The notes under the pieces are model-generated. The model did not search any database. It worked only from the letters and a program-made list of their open reading frames with translations, and was not told where the DNA came from. From Massilia sp. (GTDB taxonomy: Bacteria; Pseudomonadota; Gammaproteobacteria; Burkholderiales; Burkholderiaceae_D): a stretch of 64,000 nt of DNA. Positions 23,131 to 31,890 of this stretch are shown one piece after another; positions within the stretch are counted from its first letter, which is position 1, and each line of letters begins with the position of its first letter. The position numbers and the translations under genes were made by a program. The stretch lies in contig JBBWZO010000350.1 of assembly GCA_039649125.1 (NCBI GenBank), forward strand, positions 973 through 64,972, in the 5' to 3' direction.

Positions 23131-24741
23131 ATGATGGATCGCAGGGATTTCGTTCGACTCGGTGTGGCTGCGGGCGCCGTTGCCGGCGCGGGAGGGGTTG
23201 CGGGGGCGGCCACGGCCGCGCCGAAAGGGGCCGTGAGCCAGGGCGACCTGCTCGACGCCGGCGTGCAGGAGCAGGCGGCCGCGATGGCTGCGGGCAAGGT
23301 GAGTTCGCAACAGCTCGTCAAGCGCTACCTGGCGCGCATCGCCGCCGTCGACAAGGCCGGTCCACGCATCAATTCCGTCATCGAACTCAATCCCGATGCG
23401 CCGGCGATCGCCTCCGAGCTCGACCGTGAGCGCAAGGCCGGCAAGCTGCGCGGCCCCCTGCACGGCATCCCGGTCCTGCTCAAGGACAACATCGCCACCG
23501 GCGACAAGATGAGCACGAGCGCCGGTTCCCTGGCCCTGCACGGCGTGCGCGCCACGCGCGATGCCTTCATCGTCGAGCGCCTGCGCGCGGCCGGCGCCGT
23601 CATCATCGGCAAGACCAACCTGTCGGAATGGGCGAACATGCGCTCGACCCATTCGGTCAGCGGCTGGAGCGGCCGCGGCGGGCAGACCAAAAACCCGTAT
23701 GCGCTCGACCGCAACACCAGCGGCTCGAGCTCCGGCTCGGGCGCGGCGATCGCCGCCAGCCTGGCGACGCTGGCGGTGGGCACCGAGACCGACGGCTCGA
23801 TCGTCTCGCCGTCCTCGAGCTGCGGTATCGTCGGCCTGAAGCCGACCCTGGGGCTGCTCAGCCGCAGCGGCATCATCCCGATCGCCCATTCGCAGGACAC
23901 GGCCGGCCCGATGACGCGCAGCGTGGCCGACGCCGCGCTGATGCTCGCCGCCATGACCGGCGTCGACGCCAGCGACGCGGTGACGAAGGAAAGCCAGGGC
24001 AAGGTGACCGATTACGCCGCGGCGCTGCGCACGGACGGCCTGCGCGGCAAGCGCATCGGCGTGGCACGCAACTTCTTCGGCGGCAGCACCGCCATCGACG
24101 CCATCGTCGAAAAGGAACTGGCCATCCTCGCGGCCCAGGGCGCGACCCTGGTCGAAGTGAAGGTGCCGAATACCGACAAGTACAACGAGACCGAAGTCGA
24201 AGTGCTGCTGAGCGAATTCGGCCCGGACTTGGCGGCCTGGCTGGCCGTCTATGCGCCGCACGCGCCGGTCAAGAACATGGCCGACGTGATCGCCTTCAAC
24301 GTGAAGAATGCGGAGCGCGAGATGCCGTACTTCGGCCAGGAACACCTGATCGCCGCCAACCAGAAGCCGGGACTGGACAGCAAGGCCTACCGCGAGGCGC
24401 TGGCCAACAACCGGCGCTACGCGCGCGAGGAGGGTATCGACAAGGTCATGCGCGAACACAAGCTCGACGCCCTGGTTGCCCCGACCGGCGGCGTGGCCTG
24501 GCTGACCGACTACATCAACGGCGACCACTACGGCATGAGCTTCTCGTCGCCGGCGGCGGTGGCCGGCTACCCGCACATCACGGTGCCGGCCGGCTTTACG
24601 CGCGGCCTGCCGGTCGGGCTGTCCTTCGTGGGCGGCGCCTACAGCGAAGCGACGCTGATCGGCATGGCCTACGCCTACGAGCAGGCCAGCCAGCGCCGCC
24701 GCGCGCCGACCTATCCGGCGTCGGTCAACATCAGGGCATAA
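23131..24741 (+). CDS. Tat-exported amidase-signature family amidase
   Basis: DRRDFV twin-arginine leader; KDNI, SGSSSGS, GTETDGSI catalytic motifs. Confidence 0.93.
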   Translation: MMDRRDFVRLGVAAGAVAGAGGVAGAATAAPKGAVSQGDLLDAGVQEQAAAMAAGKVSSQQLVKRYLARIAAVDKAGPRINSVIELNPDAPAIASELDRERKAGKLRGPLHGIPVLLKDNIATGDKMSTSAGSLALHGVRATRDAFIVERLRAAGAVIIGKTNLSEWANMRSTHSVSGWSGRGGQTKNPYALDRNTSGSSSGSGAAIAASLATLAVGTETDGSIVSPSSSCGIVGLKPTLGLLSRSGIIPIAHSQDTAGPMTRSVADAALMLAAMTGVDASDAVTKESQGKVTDYAAALRTDGLRGKRIGVARNFFGGSTAIDAIVEKELAILAAQGATLVEVKVPNTDKYNETEVEVLLSEFGPDLAAWLAVYAPHAPVKNMADVIAFNVKNAEREMPYFGQEHLIAANQKPGLDSKAYREALANNRRYAREEGIDKVMREHKLDALVAPTGGVAWLTDYINGDHYGMSFSSPAAVAGYPHITVPAGFTRGLPVGLSFVGGAYSEATLIGMAYAYEQASQRRRAPTYPASVNIRA

Positions 24742-24825
24742 AAGAGAAACGGCACGGGAAACCGTGCCGTTCCTGATGCGGCTGTGCAGGACAATGTGCA
24801 CAGCCGTCCCGTGTCCTGTATACCC

Positions 24826-24991
24826 GTAGGGTGGACGGCTACACCCGAGCGCACGCGTCAACACAGCGCCTGCGCCGTCCACGCGTTCAGGCAGCGGAGG
24901 ATCTGCCGCGGTGGCTCGGGCGACTGTTGAACGCGTGGGCGGCGCCAAAGTTGGCGCGATGCTGATTGTCGGGTCGAGCCGACCACCCTGC
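24826..24991. repeat. Degenerate GTAG-type REP inverted pair
   Basis: GTAGGGTGGACGGC...CCGTCCACGCGT...ACGCGTGGGCGGC...CCACCCTGC between convergent genes; related to 57923-58094. Confidence 0.7.
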
Positions 24992-25001
24992 AGCGATCGC
25001 C

Positions 25002-25496
25002 TCAGTCCTTCTTCGCCCGCTCGAACGCCGGCCCCCACAGCGGGTGCCCCTGTTCCCCCGGCTCGAGCGTGAAATCCGGATCGATCCTGAGCGCCTTCTC
25101 GAAGGTCTGCTGGCATTGCTTCGGGCGCGAGGTGACGCAATAACTGAACGCCGTGTATTTCAGCGCCGTCACGCGCGTGCGCAGGGGCGAGCCGCTGCGG
25201 ATGTCGTTCGAGCTCAGGCGCCGGATCGCGCCGTTGAAATCGCCTTCGTTGTACAGGCGGATGCCTTCGCGCAGCGCCACCTGGTCGCGCCCGGCCTCGG
25301 CTTCGGCGCGCGCTTCGCTGCGTGCCGCTTCGCGCTGGACGGCGCGGTTATGGTCGCGTGCGGCTTCGCGCTTGACGGCATTGCGCTGGCCGCGCTCGGC
25401 CTTGGGCTCGAACAGCGGCGCCAGCTGGGCGCAGCCGGCAAGCGCGCCTGCGGCCAGCAATGCGTACAGCCAGCGTGGTTCAGGGATGCGGGACAT
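25002..25496 (-). CDS. TssQ-like lipoprotein
   Basis: Lipobox LAGC; GIRLYNEGDF, ALKYTAFSYC, F.L...E.GHP.WGP.F C-terminal pattern. Confidence 0.75.
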   Translation of the reverse strand: MSRIPEPRWLYALLAAGALAGCAQLAPLFEPKAERGQRNAVKREAARDHNRAVQREAARSEARAEAEAGRDQVALREGIRLYNEGDFNGAIRRLSSNDIRSGSPLRTRVTALKYTAFSYCVTSRPKQCQQTFEKALRIDPDFTLEPGEQGHPLWGPAFERAKKD

Positions 25497-25505
25497 GGCA
25501 ACTCC

Positions 25506-27239
25506 TTACTCGGCCTTCGCCGCAAAATCGTGTTCGATCGTCGCCGACTCCTGCGTACCGGCGTCGACGTTCAAGACATGTTCAGGGAAATTCGGGTTGA
25601 CGATCCGGATCGTGTGCTGGCCGCGGCCCAGCGTCAGCCGCTTGACCGGCGGGCTGACGCCGCGGTCGACACCGTCGACGTACACCGTGCCCCAGGGCTT
25701 GATCAGGAGTTTATAGGTGGTGCCGTTGACCACCGCTTCGCTGGCCTTGCCGGGCACGCTGTCAACGCCAGGCGGCACGGGCGCGGCACTGGAGGCGGCC
25801 ACATCCGGTGCCACCCCGGCAGGGGAGGCATCGCCCGCCGCGCCGGCGCCGTCCGCAGGCACGCTGCCCGCCGCAGGCGGTGCCGCATCGGCGCTTGGCG
25901 CCACGACCGTTTCGCCGGTGTCGAGCCCGTTCGCCGCGCGTTCGGCAGGCGGCAGCGAGAGGGCGGCCATGTCGCGCGCATCGTTTTCCTGCAAGAAATG
26001 AACGAGGGCGCTGCCGGCCGCGAGCAGCGCGATGACCGCGCCCGCGATCAAGCCCCAGCGCTGGAGGCGGCCGGAGGCCCGCCGCGCGGCCTGCTCCTCG
26101 CGCTGTTGCGCAGCCTTGACGAAGCCGGGTACGGCGGCCGGGCCGGCGGGCGGCGCTGTTGCACTGGACTGCGGGGTCGCCCCAGTAGCGGCCGCAGCCG
26201 TAGCGGGCGTGCGCGGCAAGGACGCGGCGCCGGCGGGCGGCGCAGCGTCCGCGCGCCTGGCCCGGTTGAATGCCGGCTCGGCTTGCGCACCGGCGACGGC
26301 TTCGTCGGCAGAGGGCGTGCGCAGGCGCGGCCCGGTTTCGGCGCGAGGCGCGGATGGGACCGCTTCATGGGAGGCGCGCTCCACCGTCTTCGGCTCCGGC
26401 GCAGCGGGGGCAGGCGGCACGGCGTGCACCTCCTGCGTCACGGCGGCGGGCAGGGGCAGGCCGAAGTCCGGCGCCGGCGCGGGCACCGGGGGAGCATCCT
26501 GGACGGCCGGCGAGGTTGGCTCGGCGGCGAACGGCGGGGGTGCCGCCGCGTCTTCGGAAGGCGCCGCTCCTTCATCGGCTGGCACGGCCGGGGTATCCAT
26601 CGGCGCCGCCGTCCCTTCCAGGGAGGCCAGCTGGGCCGGCGACAAGCCGTCGGAGGGGCCCCGCGCCTCGGGCTGAGCAGCGGAGGCGTCCGGTGCCGGC
26701 CGTTCGCCGGCCGCGTCGACAGTGGCGGCCGGCAGCGTCGGCGACATCGTGGGCACGGCCGCGTCGCCACCGTCCGTCCCGATGCCGAGCAGGGAGCGCA
26801 TCTCCGCGATGGTTTTCGGGCGCAGGCGCTGGTTCGGCCCCAGGCAGCGGTCCAGGCCCTTGGTCAGGGTCCCGCTGTATTCGTCGTACAGGCGCGGTCC
26901 GAGCGGCCCTTGGGGAGGCAGTTCGGCGGTGATCGCGTAATGGACGACCAGCGCCAGCGCGTGCAGGTCGGCCGCCAGGGTCGCCGCGCCCGCGGGGCCG
27001 ACTTCCTCGGCCGCCGGCAGCAGCAGGGCCTCGTTGTTGTCGAGCATGACGATCGTGTCCGGCGACACCGGGCGGTGCGGCGCGCCGGTCGCGTACTGGC
27101 GCTCGAGCGAATCGAGGATGTGGCGCAACAGGTCGCGGCACCAGGTCTCCCTGACCAGTGCCGGGCTGTGTTCGACGATGTCGCGCACCGTGCGCCCGTC
27201 CGCGAACGGGGTGTAGATGGTTGTGCTTTGGCTGGCCAT
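25506..27239 (-). CDS. Pseudokinase C-lobe, Pro/Ala linker, TM helix and PEGA-like domain protein
   Basis: HRPVSPDTI, ADLHAL, RCL...RP kinase-like remnants; PWGTVYVDG..GVSPP..L..G.H PEGA pattern. Confidence 0.78.
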   Translation of the reverse strand: MASQSTTIYTPFADGRTVRDIVEHSPALVRETWCRDLLRHILDSLERQYATGAPHRPVSPDTIVMLDNNEALLLPAAEEVGPAGAATLAADLHALALVVHYAITAELPPQGPLGPRLYDEYSGTLTKGLDRCLGPNQRLRPKTIAEMRSLLGIGTDGGDAAVPTMSPTLPAATVDAAGERPAPDASAAQPEARGPSDGLSPAQLASLEGTAAPMDTPAVPADEGAAPSEDAAAPPPFAAEPTSPAVQDAPPVPAPAPDFGLPLPAAVTQEVHAVPPAPAAPEPKTVERASHEAVPSAPRAETGPRLRTPSADEAVAGAQAEPAFNRARRADAAPPAGAASLPRTPATAAAATGATPQSSATAPPAGPAAVPGFVKAAQQREEQAARRASGRLQRWGLIAGAVIALLAAGSALVHFLQENDARDMAALSLPPAERAANGLDTGETVVAPSADAAPPAAGSVPADGAGAAGDASPAGVAPDVAASSAAPVPPGVDSVPGKASEAVVNGTTYKLLIKPWGTVYVDGVDRGVSPPVKRLTLGRGQHTIRIVNPNFPEHVLNVDAGTQESATIEHDFAAKAE

Positions 27240-27478
27240 TTTGCTAAGAATTTATTTTTAGCAAAACTATGCCAGATTTACCGCGAGCGTGTCGCTGCTG
27301 AGTCAAACGTGCGCGCCGAACCACCAGGGCGAGCTGGCGTATCCGCTTCGCGTCAATGCTGCCCGTCGCGCTGTCCCGGCCATCGCTTGTTTGCAATCCG
27401 TTACAGCGTTTACCGTACATACCGTACATACTGGTCCGCGGCTACACTGCCAGCTTCCCCCATCGTCCCGGAGTTGCC

Positions 27479-28549
27479 ATGCGTTTTTCCCCATCCTGGC
27501 TCGGTCGCTTCGCCTTCGCTTCCAGCCTGTTGCTGTTGTCGGGCTGCGCCGCCGTTGACCACATCGTCGCACGTCCCCTGATCGACCGCCATGCGCCGAA
27601 GGACTACAGCGGCGTGATTGCAGTGCGCGAGGATGCCCGTTCGGCGCTGGTGGCGCGTGCCAGAGGCCTGGCCCTGCGCGAGCAAGCCCAGGCGAACACG
27701 AAGGACACCCGCTTCATGATCGGCCCGGCGACGACATGGATCAGCGCCGTCACCGTGCTGCGGCTGGTCGACATGGGCAAGCTCGACCTGGACGCGCCGA
27801 TCGGGCGCCAGCTTCCGGAACTGCCGGCGGAAAATGGGGTGGTCACGCTGCGCCAGCTGCTGTCGAACCGCAGCGGTATCCCGAATGGCCTGTCGGAGGC
27901 GCTGCGCAAGGACGAGTCGGTCCGCAACCTGGAAATCGGGCCGGTCGAGGCGGCGCTGCGCTTCGGCTCCGGTCCGCTCAACGCCAGGCCCGGCGAGAAG
28001 TGGGAATACTCGGTCACCAACTGGCTGCTGGTGGCCGCCGTCGTGGAGCGGGCCAACAGGAAACCGTTCACCGAAACGGTGGAAGAACTGGTACTGGCGC
28101 CGGCCAGGGTACGCGACACGAGTTTCGCCGAGACCGGGTATGAAGACGCGGTGGGCATGGCGGTGGCGTACGGCGCGTCGGGCATGCGCAAGACGCCGCC
28201 TGCGCCGCCGATGCTGGTGGCGAGCGGCACGCTGTACAGCACCGCGCGCGACCTGGTCGCCATCGCTGACACCGTGTACTCGACGGGGCTGCTGTCCGAC
28301 AAGGCGCGCAAGGAGCTCATGACGGTGCATGCCGCATCCGAGGACTATGCGCTGGGCGGCCGGGTGAAAACGATCGCCACGAAAAAAGGCGCCCGGACCC
28401 TTGCGTGGGAACCGGGCGCCAGTGGCGGGTACAGGACCTTGCTCGCCTACGATCCGGCCGACGGCCGGGCCGTGGTGCTGCTGAACAACACCGACATGCA
28501 GCAATCGGAACAGGCCAGGATCGCGATCGCCTTATTCAACGACCTGTAG
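27479..28549 (+). CDS. Beta-lactamase-fold serine hydrolase homologue lipoprotein, catalytic motifs degenerate
   Basis: Lipobox LSGC; TRFMIG, GKLDLD, VTLRQLL..SGI, PGEKWEYS scaffold; SxxK replaced by PATT. Confidence 0.85.
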   Translation: MRFSPSWLGRFAFASSLLLLSGCAAVDHIVARPLIDRHAPKDYSGVIAVREDARSALVARARGLALREQAQANTKDTRFMIGPATTWISAVTVLRLVDMGKLDLDAPIGRQLPELPAENGVVTLRQLLSNRSGIPNGLSEALRKDESVRNLEIGPVEAALRFGSGPLNARPGEKWEYSVTNWLLVAAVVERANRKPFTETVEELVLAPARVRDTSFAETGYEDAVGMAVAYGASGMRKTPPAPPMLVASGTLYSTARDLVAIADTVYSTGLLSDKARKELMTVHAASEDYALGGRVKTIATKKGARTLAWEPGASGGYRTLLAYDPADGRAVVLLNNTDMQQSEQARIAIALFNDL

Positions 28550-28581
28550 AGCGGGCGGCAGGTCGAAGGCTGCCGCCAGGC

Positions 28582-29988
28582 TCAGAGCTCCAGGAAGCGC
28601 ATCTTGAAACTGCGCCCTTTGAAGTTGCCGAAGTCCGGACCCAGGCGGTTGCCGGCATTCAGTTTGCGGTAGGCCGTGTCGGCGACCTCGCGCGCGATGG
28701 CGACATAGGTCTGGAATTCGGTGACGTTGATCTTGCCGACCTGTTCCTTCACGAGGCCGGCGTCGCCGGTCAGCGCGCCCAGCACGTCGCCGGGGCGCAG
28801 CTTGTCCTTCTTGCCGCCGGAGATGACCAGGGTCACCATCGGCGCCGGTTCGGCCGGCAGGACGCTGTCGCCCAGTTCCTCGAGCTTGTGCCAGGCCACC
28901 GGGGCGTCCTGGTAGTCCTCGATCAGGCGCACCCATTTCTTTTCGTTCGGGGCGCACAGCGACAGGGCGAGGCCGGTCTCGCCGCCGCGGCCGGTGCGGC
29001 CGATGCGGTGCACGTGGACTTCGGCATCCCTGGACACGTCGACGTTGATGACCGCCTCCAGGTTGGCGATGTCGAGGCCGCGCGCGGCGACGTCGGTTGC
29101 CACCAGCACCGAGCAGCTGCGGTTGGCGAACAGGATCAGGATCTCGTCGCGCTCGCGCTGTTCGAGTTCGCCGTACAGCGCGAGCGCCGAGAAGCCCTGT
29201 TCGCGCAGCGACTCGGCCAGTTCGCGGCAGTGCGCCTTGGTATTGCAGAAGGCGAGGGTGGAGACGGGCTTGTAGTGGCGCAGCAGGCGCGCCACGGCGT
29301 CGTCGCGCTCGTCGAAGCCGACTTCGTAAAAGCGCTGTTCGATCTGGCTCTCGTCGTGCTGGCTTTCGACCGCGATTTCCAGCGGAGCGTTGAGAAAACC
29401 AGCAGTGGCGTGGCGGATGTCGTCCGGGTAGGTGGCCGAGAACAGCAGGGTCTGGCGGCGCTGTGGGCAGGCGCTGACGATGCCGGCGATCTCGTCATAG
29501 AAACCCATGTCGGTCATGCGGTCGGCTTCGTCCAGCACCAGCGTCTGCACCTTCGACAGGTCGAGCGTGCCGCGGCCCAGGTGGTCGCGGATGCGGCCCG
29601 GGGTGCCGACCACGATGTGGGCGCCGTGTTCCAGCGAGGCGATCTGCGGACGCATGGCGATGCCGCCGGTGAGCGTGAGGATCTTGACGTTGCCGACGCC
29701 GCGCGCCAGGCGGCGCAGTTCGCCGGCGACCTGGTCGGCCAGTTCGCGCGTCGGGCACAGCACCAGGCCCTGCACCGCGAACCAGGCCGGATTGAGCTTG
29801 TTCAGGATGCCGATGCCGAAGGCCGCGGTCTTGCCGCTGCCGGTCTTGGCCTGGGCGATCAGGTCGCGGCCTTCCAGCACGGCGGGCAGGCTTTCGGCCT
29901 GGATCGGCGTCATCGTGTTGTAGCCGAGCGTGCCCAGGTTGGCCAGGAATTGCGGTGCCAGCGGCAGCGCGGAGAATGGTTGCGTCAT
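28582..29988 (-). CDS. dbpA: ATP-dependent RNA helicase DbpA
   Basis: DEAD-box motifs plus C-terminal GGKKDKLRPGD RNA-binding domain. Confidence 0.96.
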   Translation of the reverse strand: MTQPFSALPLAPQFLANLGTLGYNTMTPIQAESLPAVLEGRDLIAQAKTGSGKTAAFGIGILNKLNPAWFAVQGLVLCPTRELADQVAGELRRLARGVGNVKILTLTGGIAMRPQIASLEHGAHIVVGTPGRIRDHLGRGTLDLSKVQTLVLDEADRMTDMGFYDEIAGIVSACPQRRQTLLFSATYPDDIRHATAGFLNAPLEIAVESQHDESQIEQRFYEVGFDERDDAVARLLRHYKPVSTLAFCNTKAHCRELAESLREQGFSALALYGELEQRERDEILILFANRSCSVLVATDVAARGLDIANLEAVINVDVSRDAEVHVHRIGRTGRGGETGLALSLCAPNEKKWVRLIEDYQDAPVAWHKLEELGDSVLPAEPAPMVTLVISGGKKDKLRPGDVLGALTGDAGLVKEQVGKINVTEFQTYVAIAREVADTAYRKLNAGNRLGPDFGNFKGRSFKMRFLEL

Positions 29989-30022
29989 GTGGCCCTCCAG
30001 CCGTCGGGCCGGACTGGTAGAA

Positions 30023-30253
30023 CTATGCGTCCGGCGCCCAGACCGGCAGCCCGGTCAGATCAAGGTTATCGTCGCGGCGCCAGACTGGCAGGCCGGTGGT
30101 ATCGGTTTCTTCGAGCAGGGAAATCTGTTCCTGCTTCATTGTAATGCGGCGGGGACGGGGAACGCGTTTCGCCTCGACAACGGGAGCCTGGAGCGGTGCG
30201 GCCGGCTCGAAGCCGGGCAGGTCGATGGTCGCGTTGTCTTTCTTGTCTCTCAT
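30023..30253 (-). CDS. Small hypothetical protein with internal TGLPVW repeat
   Basis: 76-aa ORF filling the tRNA-dbpA gap; repeat conserved at protein level despite synonymous DNA differences. Confidence 0.6.
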   Translation of the reverse strand: MRDKKDNATIDLPGFEPAAPLQAPVVEAKRVPRPRRITMKQEQISLLEETDTTGLPVWRRDDNLDLTGLPVWAPDA

Positions 30254-30322
30254 CTGGCGTCGCTGGCCCAGAAAACAAAAGCCCGGCTACAAGAGTCGGG
30301 CTCGTTTTTCATGCTAAGTGTT

Positions 30323-30399
30323 TGGTTGCGGGGACAGGATTTGAACCTGTGACCTTCGGGTTATGAGCCCGACGAGCTGCCAGACTGCTCCACCCCGCG
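30323..30399 (-). tRNA. Initiator tRNA-fMet(CAT)
   Basis: CGCGGGGTGGAGCAG...GGGCTCATAACCC...CGCAACCA; C1:A72 mismatch and three G-C pairs in the anticodon stem. Confidence 0.97.
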
Positions 30400-30474
30400 T
30401 CTGAGGAGGCTATTGTAACGCGTTCGGCGTCCTGATGCAAATCCGCGGCCTGATGCGCATGCCGCTGCCGCGCT

Positions 30475-31623
30475 TCAGGCTGCGCGCAATCGCCACAGCG
30501 ACGTCACTTCCTGCGTGCGCGCGGCATGCAGCGGATCGTCGGCATCCTGCGCCTTCGGGTGCGTCGGGCGCACGTCGTGGCGGGCGGCGACCACCAGGCC
30601 TGCATCCGCGATCCAGCCAAGCAGCTGCTCGCGCGAACGCAGGCCCAGGTGTTCGGCCAGGTCCGACAGGATCAGCCAGCCTTCGCCGCCGGGCGCCAGG
30701 TGTGCACTCAGGCCGGCCAGGAAGCCGCGCAGCATGCGGCTGTCGGGGTCGTAGATCGCGTGCTCGATCGCGGAACTCGGCTTGCCCGGCAGCCAGGGCG
30801 GATTGCAGGCCACGAGGTCGGCGCGGCCTTCGGGGAACAGGTCGGCCTTCACCACCTCGACCTGGCCCGCCACCCCCAGGCGCTCGATGTTCTCGCGCGC
30901 GCAGCCGAGCGCACGCTCGTCCATGTCGGTGGCGACGATGCGCGCGATGCCACGCCGCGCCAGCACGGCGGACAGCACGCCGGTGCCGGCGCCGATGTCG
31001 AAGGCCAGTTTCGCATGCGCCGGCAGGGGCGCCTGCGCCACCAGCTCGACGTATTCGCCGCGTACCGGCGAGAACACGCCGTACCAGGGATGGATGCGGT
31101 CGTCGAGCGCGGGGATGTGCACGCCCTTGCGGCGCCATTCGTGGGCGCCGATCAGGCCGAGCAGCTCGCGCAGGGAGATCACAAAGGGCTCGCTTGCCGC
31201 GCCGTAGGCTTCATTGCAGGCCTGGCGCACATCCGGCGCACGGCGCAGCGGGATCGTGTAATCGGCCTCGAACGGGATCAGGAGCATGGCCAGCGTGCGG
31301 GCGCGCTGCAGCTGCGCCAGGCGGTGCCGGTGGAACTGCTCGGTCAGCGTGGGCGGCGGCGTACCGGCCTTGCCGCCCTTGGCACGTTTGGCACGGCCGC
31401 CCTTGTGGTCGATCCGGCGCGCGAGCGCCTGCACCAGCTGGCGCGCGTTCTGGAAGTCGCCGCGCCAGAGCAGGGCGGTGCCGTCCAGCGCCAGCCGGTA
31501 CGCGGTGTCGGCGGTCATGGTGTCGTCGGCGATCACGACCTTTTTCGGCGCCGGCCAGCCGCTCTCCGAGCGCCACAGCGCCGAGCGCGTTTCACCGCCT
31601 TCCACCCATTCGAGACGCGTCAT
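30475..31623 (-). CDS. Class I SAM-dependent methyltransferase (MTS/HemK-like)
   Basis: GVFSP, DIGAGTG, NPPW motifs. Confidence 0.9.
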   Translation of the reverse strand: MTRLEWVEGGETRSALWRSESGWPAPKKVVIADDTMTADTAYRLALDGTALLWRGDFQNARQLVQALARRIDHKGGRAKRAKGGKAGTPPPTLTEQFHRHRLAQLQRARTLAMLLIPFEADYTIPLRRAPDVRQACNEAYGAASEPFVISLRELLGLIGAHEWRRKGVHIPALDDRIHPWYGVFSPVRGEYVELVAQAPLPAHAKLAFDIGAGTGVLSAVLARRGIARIVATDMDERALGCARENIERLGVAGQVEVVKADLFPEGRADLVACNPPWLPGKPSSAIEHAIYDPDSRMLRGFLAGLSAHLAPGGEGWLILSDLAEHLGLRSREQLLGWIADAGLVVAARHDVRPTHPKAQDADDPLHAARTQEVTSLWRLRAA

Positions 31624-31624
31624 A

Positions 31625-31834
31625 TTAATGGTGGTGGTGCCAGTGGCCGTCGCCGGATTCCAGGAAGGACTTCACGGCGTCCGGATTGCCGGTCGCATGG
31701 CGCTTGACTTCGCCGCAGTTGCAGATGCCCTGGTAAGGCTGGATGTGCGAGCAGGCCGAGACCTTCTGCAGGTAGACGGTGACGTTCTTGGCGCACTTGG
31801 CGCATTTGAAGGTGAGGGTACGGGCGGGTTTCAT
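31625..31834 (-). CDS. Small Cys/His-rich putative metal-binding protein
   Basis: CAKC...C...CNC plus HWHHHH tail; stop lies 1 nt before the methyltransferase ATG. Confidence 0.75.
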   Translation of the reverse strand: MKPARTLTFKCAKCAKNVTVYLQKVSACSHIQPYQGICNCGEVKRHATGNPDAVKSFLESGDGHWHHHH

Positions 31835-31890
31835 GGTCGTTCAGTGGATGTGCAAAGGCGGCATTGTACAACGGTGCCCACTCTACATGA

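Noticed and set aside
25002-27239. Type VI secretion cluster
   Set aside because: No tssB/C, hcp, vgrG or tssM in the window; the Clp ATPase present is ClpB with a heat-shock promoter, not ClpV
27479-28549. Functional class C beta-lactamase
   Set aside because: Catalytic Ser and Lys of SxxK are absent
30254-30399. Genomic island integrated at tRNA-fMet
   Set aside because: No integrase and no duplicated tRNA 3' end seen; flanking genes are ordinary
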